Source: Candidatus Pyrohabitans jungbluthii
Lineage (GTDB): Archaea; Hydrothermarchaeota; Hydrothermarchaeia; Hydrothermarchaeales; BMS3B
Length of the DNA: 64,000 nucleotides
Assembly (NCBI GenBank): GCA_002010065.2
Contig: MTMD02000015.1
Coordinates: 32,001-96,000, forward strand
Direction of reading: 5' to 3'
The translations under genes and the position numbers were made by a program. This document shows, one piece after another, positions 8,915 through 22,185 of the stretch (within the stretch, counting starts at the first letter, position 1; each line of letters starts with the position of its first letter). The notes under the pieces were generated by a model. That model did no database searches. It worked only from the letters and a program-made list of their open reading frames with translations, and was not told where the DNA came from.

Positions 8915-9540
8915 AGCAGCTTCTCGTACTTCTCCACCTTCTTCATCAGGTCTTCTCTTTCCAGCTCAAGTTTGCCTATCCTCTCCTTTAGCATGAAAAT
9001 TTCCTTTTCCTGCTCCTCCAGCTTTTTATCCTTCTTCTCCAGCTCCTTCTCCTTCTCCGCCAGATACCTCGTTAGAGTTTTCACCTCCGCCTCAAGCTCC
9101 GCGCTTTTACGCACAGCTTCGCGCAGCTCCCGCTCCTTTTCAAGCAGCAGCACCTTCTTCTCCTCTATATCTTCGCGATACCCCTCCACCTTTGCCTTAA
9201 AAGCAGCCCTCTCATTGGTAAGCTCAAGAATAATCTGCTCCTTCTCTTCCAGCTCCTTCTTAAGCCCTTCAAGCTCACTTTCCAGCTTCTCAAGCTGATT
9301 GTTCTTCTCTTTGAGCATTACCTTCAGCGCTTTTATCTCGCTCTCTGCCTTTTCGTAAAGCTCCTTAAGCTCGTCCCTCTCCTTCCTGTACTCCTCCAGC
9401 TGTGTTCTCTCCCCCTCCAGCTCCTGAAGCAGCTGCTCCTTCTCCTTTAGCTGCTTCAGCAGCGACTCTTCATGCTGCTTCAGCTTATTTATTTTGTCCT
9501 CGTAAAACTCTTTTTCCGTCGCATGCATAATGTTACGCAT
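8911..9540 (-). CDS. All-coiled-coil E/K-rich hypothetical protein
   Basis: Continuous heptad pattern over ~200 aa; host-like codon usage. Confidence 0.7.
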   Translation of the reverse strand: MRNIMHATEKEFYEDKINKLKQHEESLLKQLKEKEQLLQELEGERTQLEEYRKERDELKELYEKAESEIKALKVMLKEKNNQLEKLESELEGLKKELEEKEQIILELTNERAAFKAKVEGYREDIEEKKVLLLEKERELREAVRKSAELEAEVKTLTRYLAEKEKELEKKDKKLEEQEKEIFMLKERIGKLELEREDLMKKVEKYEKLL

Positions 9541-9550
9541 CCTTTAAAAG

Positions 9551-9624
9551 TGGAGTGGGGGAGATTTGAACTCCCGACCACTCGATCTTCAGTCGAGCGC
9601 TCTCCCAGGCTGAGCTACCACTCC
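9551..9624 (-). tRNA. tRNA-Phe(GAA)
   Basis: GGAGTGG acceptor stem, CTCGA-CTGAAGA-TCGAG anticodon arm, GTTCAAATC T-loop. Confidence 0.96.
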
Positions 9625-9773
9625 TAAGTATTATCATAATCTGAGCACGAACTTAAATATTTTACTCCGCTCTGTATTTTTAACATCATAAATCAGGTAT
9701 AACCCACAACGCCAGTTAAATACCCCGCAAGTTATTTATAGCTTCCGGCATAAAATCTGTTGGAGGGTGTGAT

Positions 9774-10985
9774 ATGAGAGGTAGATTAATCTTATTAACG
9801 TTCTGGATGCTTTTTATTCCCTTCACTTTCGCAGATAATGTTGATTTCTACATAATGAAGGTCTCTCCCGAAGAGGTTGCCCCAGGCGAAACCACAACGC
9901 TGAACATAACAATTGCCAACTTGGGCATAGATTATGCCGCATATGTGCATGCAATTCTCGACCCAGACTCGGTATCACCCCTCTCGGTGCTCGGGGCTAA
10001 GAAGATCTACGTAACAAAGTACGCGGCGGAGGGACAGCCAACCAAGTACTTCGGAGTTATACTCCAGAATGAAAGATTCACAGTGAGATACCGAGTACAC
10101 GTGGATAAAGACACGGCATTTGGCACTTATACTGTACCTCTCAAGCTGGTCTGGCGGGATGCGTACAATAACGTGCAGAGCGAGAACCTCGAGTTCGGGC
10201 TGAAGGTGGCTGGCGATCCCGAGATTGTTATTGCGGGGGTTAATAAGACCCCTGCGAGGATATATCCCGATACCGAGTTTACACTGGTGCTTGCTTTTGA
10301 GAATATAGGCACGGCAAAGGCGGAGAATGTTAAGGTGGAGCTTTCTCTGCCTCCTGGGATAACCGGCGAGAGGGTTGCATTTCTGGGCACCCTTGAAAGG
10401 GGCAGGCAAGCGGCTGCAACCTTCTCTTTGAAGGCTGAAAAGGAGGCTGAGGCGGGAGCCAAAAAGATAGGAGTAAAGTTGAGCTATACCACTGAGGAGA
10501 ACGCACAGGAACAACTCGATAAAGAGGTGGAGATCTTCATCTACGAGAAGGAACCCGCCAACTTAGAGGTTGCAGGCTTGGACACTTCTCCGGCGAAGCT
10601 CACGCCGGGTGCTGCATTTACCCTCTCCATCCAGCTTGAGAACATAGGCAAGCAGGATGCGAAGGCTGTTAAGGTTGAGCTTGCATTGCCTGAAACTTTC
10701 TCTGGCGGGCAGACCTCCTACTTGGGCACGATAAAGCAGGACGACACCTCTACTGCGATCTTTGACCTAGAGGTTTCACCCCTCGCCGAGCCGGAGAGCT
10801 ACCGCCTGCCGGTAAAGATTTACTATCTCGACGAAAAGGGTGAGCTTCACGAAGAGGAGAAGGAGATCGCAATAATCATAACCAGCCCCGAAAAGCGTCT
10901 GCCACTGGGATTGCTCGGTGGAGTTGGAATACTGCTAATTATTGCCCTCGCCTGGTGGCGCAGGCGGAGAAACGCCCAGCTCTAG
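9774..10985 (+). CDS. COG1361 S-layer-domain/Ig-like repeat membrane-anchored protein
   Basis: Signal peptide, repeated 'ENIG…A..VKVEL.LP' Ig-like units, C-terminal TM plus RRRR. Confidence 0.8.
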   Translation: MRGRLILLTFWMLFIPFTFADNVDFYIMKVSPEEVAPGETTTLNITIANLGIDYAAYVHAILDPDSVSPLSVLGAKKIYVTKYAAEGQPTKYFGVILQNERFTVRYRVHVDKDTAFGTYTVPLKLVWRDAYNNVQSENLEFGLKVAGDPEIVIAGVNKTPARIYPDTEFTLVLAFENIGTAKAENVKVELSLPPGITGERVAFLGTLERGRQAAATFSLKAEKEAEAGAKKIGVKLSYTTEENAQEQLDKEVEIFIYEKEPANLEVAGLDTSPAKLTPGAAFTLSIQLENIGKQDAKAVKVELALPETFSGGQTSYLGTIKQDDTSTAIFDLEVSPLAEPESYRLPVKIYYLDEKGELHEEEKEIAIIITSPEKRLPLGLLGGVGILLIIALAWWRRRRNAQL

Positions 10986-10995
10986 GGGGCGTGAA

Positions 10996-11682
10996 ATGGT
11001 AATTAAGCTTGAGAATGTGGTTAAGATATACCGCCTGGGCAAGGTTGAGGTACCCGCGCTGAGGGGGATAAACCTGGAGATACCCCGTGGGGAATACGCC
11101 TCCCTCATGGGGCCTTCCGGCTCTGGAAAGAGCACCCTGATGAACCTGATAGGCGCCTTAGACAGGCCGACCAGCGGGAAGGTTTACATCGATGGCACAG
11201 ACATAGCAAGGTTGAACGACGACCAGCTGGCGCTGCTCAGAAGGAAAAAGATAGGCTTCGTCTTCCAGCAGTTCAACCTCATAAACAAGCTCACAGCGCT
11301 GGAGAATGTGGCTCTGCCAATGTGGTTCTCAGGCATCAGCAGGAGCAGGAGGATGCGCCGGGCGAAGGAGCTGCTTGAGCTTGTGGGGCTTGGAGGGAGG
11401 CTGCACCATAAGCCATCGGAACTAAGCGGGGGAGAAAGGCAGCGTGTAGCCATCGCCCGAGCTTTGGCCAACGACCCGGAGATAATCCTTGCAGACGAGC
11501 CTACAGGCAACCTAGACACAGTCTCAGGCCTGGCGGTTATTGAGCTTCTGGAAGAGCTGAACAAGCTTGGGAAAACTCTTGTGGTGGTGACCCATGACGT
11601 GGAGTTTGGGAAGCGTGCGAGGATGAGGGTGAAGCTCAGAGACGGGATGATTCAGGATATAGAAGGGATTAACCATGCTTGA
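10996..11682 (+). CDS. ABC transporter ATPase (LolD/MacB family)
   Basis: GPSGSGKST, LSGGERQR, ILADEPTGNLD. Confidence 0.95.
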   Translation: MVIKLENVVKIYRLGKVEVPALRGINLEIPRGEYASLMGPSGSGKSTLMNLIGALDRPTSGKVYIDGTDIARLNDDQLALLRRKKIGFVFQQFNLINKLTALENVALPMWFSGISRSRRMRRAKELLELVGLGGRLHHKPSELSGGERQRVAIARALANDPEIILADEPTGNLDTVSGLAVIELLEELNKLGKTLVVVTHDVEFGKRARMRVKLRDGMIQDIEGINHA

Positions 11683-12862
11683 TTACCTTAGCTTCTCAGT
11701 CAAAAATCTCAGTCACCACAAGGTGAGAAGCTTTCTCACACTGCTTGGGGTTATTATTGGAATAATGGCAGTTGTGTCTATGATTTCCATAGGCTCAGGG
11801 ATGAAGGCATCGCTTAAGGAGCAGCTGGAGCAGCTGGGTAGCGATAAGATTTTTATCATTCCCAGGTTAGCCTATGGTACGGCCGCGACCACGCTAACCG
11901 ACGAGGATGCCGACGCGATAGAGCGCGTCGCAGGCGTAGCTTTCGTCTCACCCCTCTACAGCGTCGCAGGCGATGTTGGCTTTCGCAATGAACGCAAGAT
12001 TGTCAAGATATACGGGATTGACCCTGAGAAGGCAGAGGCCACCTTTGGCGGTGGGGCAAGTGGCTACCGCCTGCTAAAGGGGAGGTGGCTTCAGCGGGGG
12101 GACAGGTACAAAGTGGTTATAGGCTATGGCGTCGCCAGCGATGTTTTTTCCAGAGATGTGAATGTGGGCAATACCCTAAAGATTCACGGCGTGAACTTTG
12201 ACGTGGTGGGCGTATTCAAGAAGACTGGCGACCGCGAGAAGGACTATACCATCTACACCAACCTAGACACCATCCGGGAAATCTTCGGCGCCGGAGATAA
12301 GGTTACAATGATAATAGCGAGGATAGATAAGGGTGCAGATATAGACCAGGTGAGGCTGAGGGTAGAGAGGCGCCTGGAGAAAAGGAAGGGTTCAAAGGAG
12401 AACTTCTTTGTTATGACGCAGAAGGAGATTATTGAGCGCGTTGGCGAGGCATACCGCGTTGTGCAGGTGGTGTTTGGCGGCTTGGCTGCGGTTTCGCTTA
12501 TCGTCGGGGCAATAGGCATAGCGAATACCATGATTATGAATGTTACGGAGCGCACCCGGGAAATCGGCATACTCAAGGCTACAGGGGCGAGCAATGCCCA
12601 AGTTATGAAGATTTTTCTGACGGACGCGGCGATTCTGGGCTTGGTTGGCGGGGGTATAGGTGTAGCTCTGGGGTACCTCATTTCACTGGCGATTAACACA
12701 GCGGCGGCACGCTATCTTGGTGAAGGAGTGCTAACCACTTCGGTCTCATTTGAGCTTGTGCTTTTCGCGCTAACCTTCTCCCTTGTTATAGGCGTGGCCG
12801 CGGGTTTATATCCCGCTTACCGTGCGCTTAGGCTTAATCCGGTGGAGGCGCTCCGGGCATGA
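11675..12862 (+). CDS. ABC transporter permease (MacB/FtsX family)
   Basis: RSFLTLLGVIIG, ERTREIGILKATGA, PAYRALRLNPVEALR. Confidence 0.93.
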   Translation: MLDYLSFSVKNLSHHKVRSFLTLLGVIIGIMAVVSMISIGSGMKASLKEQLEQLGSDKIFIIPRLAYGTAATTLTDEDADAIERVAGVAFVSPLYSVAGDVGFRNERKIVKIYGIDPEKAEATFGGGASGYRLLKGRWLQRGDRYKVVIGYGVASDVFSRDVNVGNTLKIHGVNFDVVGVFKKTGDREKDYTIYTNLDTIREIFGAGDKVTMIIARIDKGADIDQVRLRVERRLEKRKGSKENFFVMTQKEIIERVGEAYRVVQVVFGGLAAVSLIVGAIGIANTMIMNVTERTREIGILKATGASNAQVMKIFLTDAAILGLVGGGIGVALGYLISLAINTAAARYLGEGVLTTSVSFELVLFALTFSLVIGVAAGLYPAYRALRLNPVEALRA

Positions 12863-14046
12863 TTGAGGAGCTGAGCTATGCGATTAAGAACATGCAATCT
12901 GCTAAGCTGCGAACCTTTCTAACGGTGCTGGGCATAGTTATAGGCATCGCCATAATCGTGGCAATGGTCTCCATCGGCGAGGGGATGCGCGCCAGCATAA
13001 CTGAGCAACTCGACGCGCTGGGTGGAGATAAGATAATGATAACTCCGCCACAGGCTTTTGCAGCTAGAGGTGCGCCCATGGAGTTCAAACCCTTCGACCA
13101 GGCAGATTTGCGTGCAGTTAAAAGCCTGCCCAATGTGAAGGACGTGCTCCCCATCTTCTACCGCCCGGGCACAATTGAGTACAGGGGGGAGAAGAAGGAG
13201 ATATATGTTATGGGGGTGGAGAGGAAGGGCGCAGACTACTTCAGGCAATTTTACAGCATCCGAGAGGGCAGATATTCTAACGACAACGAGCTGAAAAGTG
13301 TTAACCTGGGCTACCGCGTGGCTGAGAAGTTTTTTGACAAAAAGATACACGTTGGAGAGAGTGTGAAGATAAATCAGCGCCGCTTTGAGGTTGTGGGCAT
13401 CTTTGAGGAAATTGGCAACGCAGAGGACGATTCCAGCGTATACATGCCCCTAAAGGCTGCGCAGGATCTCTACGACGCTGGCGGTGAGATAACAATGCTG
13501 TGGGTTATCGCAGAGAATGAGAATGTGGTGAAAACCCTTGCAAAGAAGATAGAGCGCACGCTTGAGAAGCGGCGCGGGGGTAAGGACTTCGAGGTTTTTA
13601 CTACAGAGCAGCTTGCGGAGCAGATCGCCACGGTGATAACAATAATAACCTTCGTGCTCGGCGGAATAGCGAGCATCTCAATAATCGTGGGTGGAGTTAT
13701 AATAATGAACACCATGCTTACGTCGGTGCTCGAGCGCACCCGTGAAATAGGGGTGATGAAGGCAATTGGTGCCACCGATGGGATGGTTCTAAGGATTTTC
13801 CTTGTGGAGTCAGCGCTTATCGGCGCGCTCGGGGGCAGCATCGGCTTAGCCCTGGGGGCAGTTATTTCCAAGGCTATTGAGTTTGTGGGGCAGGCATACA
13901 TAGGCTCGAGCTTCATAACAGTCATCAACCGGGAGCTTGTGCTTGGCGCGCTCGGGTTTTCCCTTCTAGTGGGAGTGCTCTCTGGCGTTTACCCTGCGTA
14001 CAAGGCGGCTAAGCTCGACCCGATAGAGGCGCTGAGATACGAGTAG
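12859..14046 (+). CDS. ABC transporter permease (MacB/FtsX family), paralogue
   Basis: RTFLTVLGIVIG, ERTREIGVMKAIGA, PAYKAAKLDPIEALRYE. Confidence 0.93.
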   Translation: MIEELSYAIKNMQSAKLRTFLTVLGIVIGIAIIVAMVSIGEGMRASITEQLDALGGDKIMITPPQAFAARGAPMEFKPFDQADLRAVKSLPNVKDVLPIFYRPGTIEYRGEKKEIYVMGVERKGADYFRQFYSIREGRYSNDNELKSVNLGYRVAEKFFDKKIHVGESVKINQRRFEVVGIFEEIGNAEDDSSVYMPLKAAQDLYDAGGEITMLWVIAENENVVKTLAKKIERTLEKRRGGKDFEVFTTEQLAEQIATVITIITFVLGGIASISIIVGGVIIMNTMLTSVLERTREIGVMKAIGATDGMVLRIFLVESALIGALGGSIGLALGAVISKAIEFVGQAYIGSSFITVINRELVLGALGFSLLVGVLSGVYPAYKAAKLDPIEALRYE

Positions 14047-14227
14047 CCAGGGGAGGGGAATACCCCCCACTCCTTTGGTATACCTCTCCCCCGACGGGGA
14101 TATGAAGGAGAATACGATGGAAACATGGGGGTATTGAAGCGAAGCGGAAATACCGCAATATGACGATCAAACCGTCTGCGGTTTGCGCAGAGCAAAATTC
14201 TTAAGCGAGGAGAGCGATGCCTAAGCC

Positions 14228-15079
14228 ATGCTCCGAAAGCTCAGGATTATCCTGGAGATGATAAAGATAGAGCACACTCTCTTTGCCATGCCCTTCCTGT
14301 ACTCCGGTGCTATCTTGGCTGCGCAGGGTTTGCCTGACGCTTGGACGCTCTTCTGGATAACTTTGGGCTTGTTCTCAGCGCGCACGGCTGCAATGTGCTT
14401 GAACCGCTTAATAGATCGCGAGATAGACGCAAAGAATCCCAGGACGGCGGACAGAGCTTTACCTCAGGGATTGGTCTCACCGCGGGAGGTCTGGGCTATC
14501 GTGGCTATTTCTCTAGCTCTGCTCCTCCTCGCGGCGGCGATGCTCAACCCGCTATGTGTCAAGCTTTACCCCCTCGCCGTTGCCATAATCTGGGGTTATC
14601 CGTATATGAAGCGCTTCACCTGGCTAAGCCACCTTGTTCTCGGCTCGGCGCTTGCGATTGCTCCCTTCGGAGCATGGGTGGCAGTGCGCGCAAGCATAGA
14701 CCTTCCTGCGCTTCTTCTCGCGGCGGCGGTAATCTTCTGGGTGGCTGGTTTCGACATAATCTATGCCACGCAGGATGTGGAATTTGACCGTCGCGAAGGG
14801 CTCTTCTCAATTCCAGCGCGGTTCGGCATAGCAAATGCGCTAAAAATCTCCACGCTTTTCCACGGGGCTACACTTTTATTCTTGCTCCTTCTCTACTTCT
14901 TCTCCCCCCTCGGTAGGATTTACCTTTTCGGGTTTGTGATAATGTCCGCGCTTCTCGCCTACGAGCATGCGATAGTAAAACCAGAGAATCTGAAAAAGGT
15001 GGGTGTCGCCTTCTTCAATATAAATGTGCTCTTTAGCATTTGCCTCTTTACTTTCATAACCCTCGACGTTTTCATATAG
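14228..15079 (+). CDS. UbiA-family prenyltransferase (MqnP/UbiA-like)
   Basis: IKIEHTLFAMPF, NRLIDREIDAKNPRTADR, GFDIIYATQD. Confidence 0.9.
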   Translation: MLRKLRIILEMIKIEHTLFAMPFLYSGAILAAQGLPDAWTLFWITLGLFSARTAAMCLNRLIDREIDAKNPRTADRALPQGLVSPREVWAIVAISLALLLLAAAMLNPLCVKLYPLAVAIIWGYPYMKRFTWLSHLVLGSALAIAPFGAWVAVRASIDLPALLLAAAVIFWVAGFDIIYATQDVEFDRREGLFSIPARFGIANALKISTLFHGATLLFLLLLYFFSPLGRIYLFGFVIMSALLAYEHAIVKPENLKKVGVAFFNINVLFSICLFTFITLDVFI

Positions 15080-15104
15080 ACGTTACCCTCGCCCCACTTA
15101 TAAA

Positions 15105-17072
15105 ATGAAAGTTCTGGGCGTTGACATCCTAGCTGGGTCGCCTCACGCGAAGGTTCAGCCTCGCTATTCTGCGGTGCTCCTGGAGGATGGGAGGATAACC
15201 CTGCGGGAGGAACTAACCCGGGGAAAGCTTCTCAAGCTTATTCGGGAGGTTAAGCCGGACCGCCTCGCAGTGGACAACATCTTTGAACTCTTTCCAAAAA
15301 AGAAGCTCAAACCCTTCTTCTACTCACTGCCCCAGGAAACGCAGGTAGTGCAGGTTACCGGCTCTCCCGGCGAAGCGAAGGCGCTGCACATTGTGGCGAA
15401 GAACCACGGGGTGAAGCTTCGCAGGGACGCCGGTTCAATGGAGGAGGCAGAGGCTTGTGCTTTGCTGGCGTACATGAACATCGGCTGCGTTGTTGAGCTC
15501 TTCGAGAACAAGACCCGCATTGTGGTGAGCAGGGCAAGGAGCCTAACCAGAGGAGGGCAGAGCAAGGACCGCTACCGCAGAAAGGTGCACAACAACATCG
15601 CCATGAGCATCAAGGAGATAAAGGCGAAACTTAAGGAGCTTAAAGTTAGCTATAGCCTGGAAACAGTGCGCGCCGACAGCGGCTATTCGAGGGGCGAGTT
15701 TATTGTGCATGCGCCCCGTTCTGAGCTTAAAGGTATAAAAAGCGCCCGCGGGAGCGATGTTCAGATTAAAGTAACCCCTGTGGAAAAAGAGAGGTTCACC
15801 TTCACACCACTGGGGGCTGAGAAGGCTACTGTAATCTTCGGCGTTGACCCCGGCACAACGACTGCGATAGCCGCGATTAGCTTGGAGGGTAAGCTCCTCG
15901 AGGTTGTGAGCGCTCGCGATTTCTCGTTACATGAATCACTCCTGCTCGCTTCGAAATATAAAGCCGTAGCCATCGTAGCCAGCGATGTCTCGCCGGCACC
16001 GCGCTTTGTGGAAAAGGTGGCGTCAAAACTCAATGCCACGCTTTTCACCCCCTCCCAGTCCCTTGCAGTTGAGGAGAAGATTAGGTTAGTGGAGGAGAAG
16101 TTTGGTAAGGAGGCGTACCGCAATCCCCACGAGCGTGACGCCATCGCGGCTGCGCTGAAGGCGTACAACGCTGTGAAAAGCAAGCTTGAAAACATAGACC
16201 GGCGCCTGCAGAGCGTCAACGCATGGCACCTGCGCGACGAGGTCAGGTTAGCGGTGCTTCGCGGGGAAAGCCTGGACAGTGTGCTCAGAAGGCTGCTTAG
16301 GGTTGAGGAGCCTGAAGAGGAGGAAGAAGAGGAGAAGCTGGAGAGCATACCCAACGAGTACAGGGGGATAATTAAGAGGCTGAGAAACGACCTCAAGCTA
16401 CTGAGAGAGGAACTTGAGGAAAGGCAGCGGGTGATTGAGCGGAAGGAGCGCGCTATAGCCACGCTAAAGCGCAGGCTGCGCGAGGCACTGGCGAAAGAGC
16501 GCAGAGAGGTGCTCAGGGAGGAAGAGATACGCCGCAGAGAGCGTGCAATTGCTGAACTCAGAAAGAAGCTGGACGAGGCGATGAGGGAAAACGCCATGCT
16601 CAGGCGCAGGCTTGAGAAGCTGAAGCAGGAGATGGAGCTAAAAGCTCAGGCAGATTTAGAGGTGGTGAAGGTTATACAGAAATTTACACGGGAAGAGGTA
16701 CTCGCGGCGAAGGAAAAGCTCCGCCTCAGCGAAGGGGATGTGGTTTACATCGCCGATACGAGCGGCGCTGGCAAGAGCGCCGCGGAAGAGCTTGCCCTGC
16801 TCAAGCCGCGAGCAATAATCGCAGACATGCAAAGAGCCTCTCACCTCGCGAGAGAGGCCCTTGAAAGCGTGGTAATACTCGAGCCAGAGGAGATAAACCT
16901 CAAGCGCGTTGCTGACTTCGCGGTTGTTGAGAAGCATGCGCTAGAGGAGTTAATACAGAAGAAGAAGGCAAAGCTTGAGGTGGAGCAGGCGGCGAAGCGT
17001 CAGGCGTGGCTGGAGAAGCTCATCGCGGACTATCGTGCCGAGAGGGAGCTGCTCCTGAAGAAGAGGAATTAG
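15105..17072 (+). CDS. DUF460 protein (RNase H-like domains plus coiled coil)
   Basis: VLGVDI, AVDNIFEL, GVDPGTTTAIA, HERDAIAAA motifs. Confidence 0.85.
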   Translation: MKVLGVDILAGSPHAKVQPRYSAVLLEDGRITLREELTRGKLLKLIREVKPDRLAVDNIFELFPKKKLKPFFYSLPQETQVVQVTGSPGEAKALHIVAKNHGVKLRRDAGSMEEAEACALLAYMNIGCVVELFENKTRIVVSRARSLTRGGQSKDRYRRKVHNNIAMSIKEIKAKLKELKVSYSLETVRADSGYSRGEFIVHAPRSELKGIKSARGSDVQIKVTPVEKERFTFTPLGAEKATVIFGVDPGTTTAIAAISLEGKLLEVVSARDFSLHESLLLASKYKAVAIVASDVSPAPRFVEKVASKLNATLFTPSQSLAVEEKIRLVEEKFGKEAYRNPHERDAIAAALKAYNAVKSKLENIDRRLQSVNAWHLRDEVRLAVLRGESLDSVLRRLLRVEEPEEEEEEEKLESIPNEYRGIIKRLRNDLKLLREELEERQRVIERKERAIATLKRRLREALAKERREVLREEEIRRRERAIAELRKKLDEAMRENAMLRRRLEKLKQEMELKAQADLEVVKVIQKFTREEVLAAKEKLRLSEGDVVYIADTSGAGKSAAEELALLKPRAIIADMQRASHLAREALESVVILEPEEINLKRVADFAVVEKHALEELIQKKKAKLEVEQAAKRQAWLEKLIADYRAERELLLKKRN

Positions 17073-17115
17073 AAAGTTTTAATACCTCAGCGGCGAAGGT
17101 TTAGCAGGTGGTACA

Positions 17116-18291
17116 ATGCTTTCGGACAGAATTAATAGGGTTAAGCCCTCTGCAACTCTTGAAATAACGGCCAAGGCAAAGGCGTTACGCGCGCAGGGAA
17201 GGGAGATTATAAACTTCGGCGCGGGCGAACCTGATTTTGACACGCCGGAGCACATCAAGGAAGCGCTCCGTAAAGCCCTGGATGAGGGTTTCATCTACTA
17301 TACGCCAGCCGCAGGCATACCCGAGCTTCGCGAAGCTGTGGCAGAGAAACTGGAGAGGGAGAATAAAATAAGCTATGATCCCGAGGGGGAGGTGGTCATC
17401 ACACCTGGAGCGAAGATGGCGCTTTATGCTGCAATAATGGCGCTGGTGAACCCAGGGGATGAGGTGGTGATTCCCTCGCCCTGGTGGGTATCCTACGTGC
17501 CCATGGTGCAGCTCGCAGACGGCAAACCTGTGTTTGTTCCCACCTATGAAGAAGACGAGTTCCGCCTTCTCAGCGATGCAGTGGCTGAGAAGGTTACCCG
17601 AAAGACCAAGCTCCTCATTCTTAATTCGCCAAACAACCCCACGGGGGCGGTGCTGAGCAGAGAGGATTTGAAGGGCATCGCCGAAGTGTGCGAGGACCAT
17701 GATATCTTCATCATCTCCGACGAGATATACGAGTACATAATTTACGACGACGCTGAGCATGTAAGCATCGCCAGCTTGGGCAACATGAAGGAGCGCGTGG
17801 TTACTGTGAATGGGCTTTCAAAGGCGTATTCAATGACGGGCTGGAGAGTTGGCTATGCCGCAGGCCCCAGAGAAGTGATAAAGGCGATGACACGTTTGCA
17901 GGCGCACAGCGTGAGCAACGTCACAAGCTTTGTGCAGAAGGCGGCGGTAGCGGCGCTGCGCGGTCCCAGCGATGAGGTTGAGCGCATGGTTAAAGCGTTT
18001 GATGAGCGGCGACGCTACATAGTTAGTGAGCTGAGAAGCATCCCCGGCGTTAGCTGCGTAATGCCACGGGGAGCCTTCTACGCCTTCGCCAACTTCTCAG
18101 CTTATGAGAAGGACTCCTTCAAGCTGGCAAACTACCTTCTGGAGGAGGCTGGCGTTGCCGTGGTGCCGGGAGCGGCGTTTGGGGAAGAGGGCGAAGGCTA
18201 CATAAGGCTGAGCTATGCCACCAGCATGGAAAACATCAAGGCTGGGATGGAGAGGATAAGAGAAGCTATGGAGAGGTACCCCCGAGCTTAA
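17116..18291 (+). CDS. aspC: PLP-dependent aspartate/aromatic aminotransferase (class I)
   Basis: GAGEPDF, NSPNNPTG, SDEIY, SKAYSMTGWRVG. Confidence 0.9.
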   Translation: MLSDRINRVKPSATLEITAKAKALRAQGREIINFGAGEPDFDTPEHIKEALRKALDEGFIYYTPAAGIPELREAVAEKLERENKISYDPEGEVVITPGAKMALYAAIMALVNPGDEVVIPSPWWVSYVPMVQLADGKPVFVPTYEEDEFRLLSDAVAEKVTRKTKLLILNSPNNPTGAVLSREDLKGIAEVCEDHDIFIISDEIYEYIIYDDAEHVSIASLGNMKERVVTVNGLSKAYSMTGWRVGYAAGPREVIKAMTRLQAHSVSNVTSFVQKAAVAALRGPSDEVERMVKAFDERRRYIVSELRSIPGVSCVMPRGAFYAFANFSAYEKDSFKLANYLLEEAGVAVVPGAAFGEEGEGYIRLSYATSMENIKAGMERIREAMERYPRA

Positions 18292-18926
18292 ATTTTAACC
18301 AGCAGGTAATACCTCTCCTGCTTCTCCTCAGCATCCTTAACCTTGAGTATTTTTAAACCCTCGCCAGCGAAGTCCGGCTCTTCCTGGGCTAAGCCCGTCT
18401 TCGCAACGAAGAGCACCTTCCCGTGCCTCTTCAGCTTGGGCAGGAAGCGTTTTAGCGCTTTAAAGGAAGCCTCCGCCTCAAGGGTCAGGTCGTGGAGGAT
18501 AAGGTCTGCTTCCGGTAGCTGGGAAACGTCGAAAATGAAGGCATCGGCTATAAAAACCCTCACATTGTCCCTCTCAGCCTCAATATCACGCAGCTCCTTC
18601 TCAAACTCGCCGCTCACCTCAATGCCGTATACCTCTGAGGCGTACTCGCTTGCATAAAGCAGAAAACCCCCGGCGCTGCTCCCTATGTCTAAGACAACCC
18701 CCGCCCCCTTAACAAAACCCCACTCCTTATCAAGCTCCGCAAGCTTCCAGTAGCCTCGTGGTTTCTCTTCAGCGAGCACCTCTATGCTTGCGTCTGGGTT
18801 CACATCCTTCGCGGGCTTTGTTATGCGCTCCCCAGCCACGAGAACAAAGCCACGCCTTATTGCTTCCTTTGCCTTCTCTCGTGTAGAAAAGTACCCCCTC
18901 GCCACAAGGAGTTTATCCAGACGCAT
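18288..18926 (-). CDS. TlyA-like S4-domain rRNA methyltransferase
   Basis: MRLDKLLV…TREKAK S4 domain; LDIGSSAGGF. Confidence 0.85.
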   Translation of the reverse strand: MRLDKLLVARGYFSTREKAKEAIRRGFVLVAGERITKPAKDVNPDASIEVLAEEKPRGYWKLAELDKEWGFVKGAGVVLDIGSSAGGFLLYASEYASEVYGIEVSGEFEKELRDIEAERDNVRVFIADAFIFDVSQLPEADLILHDLTLEAEASFKALKRFLPKLKRHGKVLFVAKTGLAQEEPDFAGEGLKILKVKDAEEKQERYYLLVKI

Positions 18927-18927
18927 A

Positions 18928-21782
<2,855 letters not shown>

Positions 21783-21783
21783 A

Positions 21784-22185
21784 ATGCGCGTGATTGGTTT
21801 CCTCAAGTTTTACCTGATTCTCATCACCCTGCTCTTCCTAGGGATGAGCTTCTTCAACCTTAGCCTTGAGCAGAAGCTTCTGCTATTTCTCATAACCTCG
21901 CTGCTCTCCCCAACGCTCTTCAGGGAACTGCTCAACCTGCGGGGGATACGTAAGGGCGACATGGTGCTCGTTTCCTACTCGCACAAAAGCGAGTTTGGCA
22001 CACTGCTGCGGAAGGAGCTAGGTAAGGCGCTGACCTCTGGAAGGGTGGGGGAAGTGATTGAGGTGGAGCTTGCGGACAAGCTGGCAAAGGGAGAGGTTCG
22101 CAGCGTTGGCGGCTTTATTTTCCCTCCTGAGGTTAGCCTTCTCTACTATGAGGAGATACCCACAAAAAGGGGGGGATGGCTCTGA
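21784..22185 (+). CDS. Hypothetical membrane protein (NfeD-like architecture)
   Basis: Two N-terminal TM helices then a beta-rich domain; translationally coupled to neighbours. Confidence 0.6.
   Translation: MRVIGFLKFYLILITLLFLGMSFFNLSLEQKLLLFLITSLLSPTLFRELLNLRGIRKGDMVLVSYSHKSEFGTLLRKELGKALTSGRVGEVIEVELADKLAKGEVRSVGGFIFPPEVSLLYYEEIPTKRGGWL

Noticed and set aside
5806-14185. Shared CTGCGGTTTG decamer in the metG leader and the 14.1 kb element
   Set aside because: Too short, and in different structural contexts; may be chance
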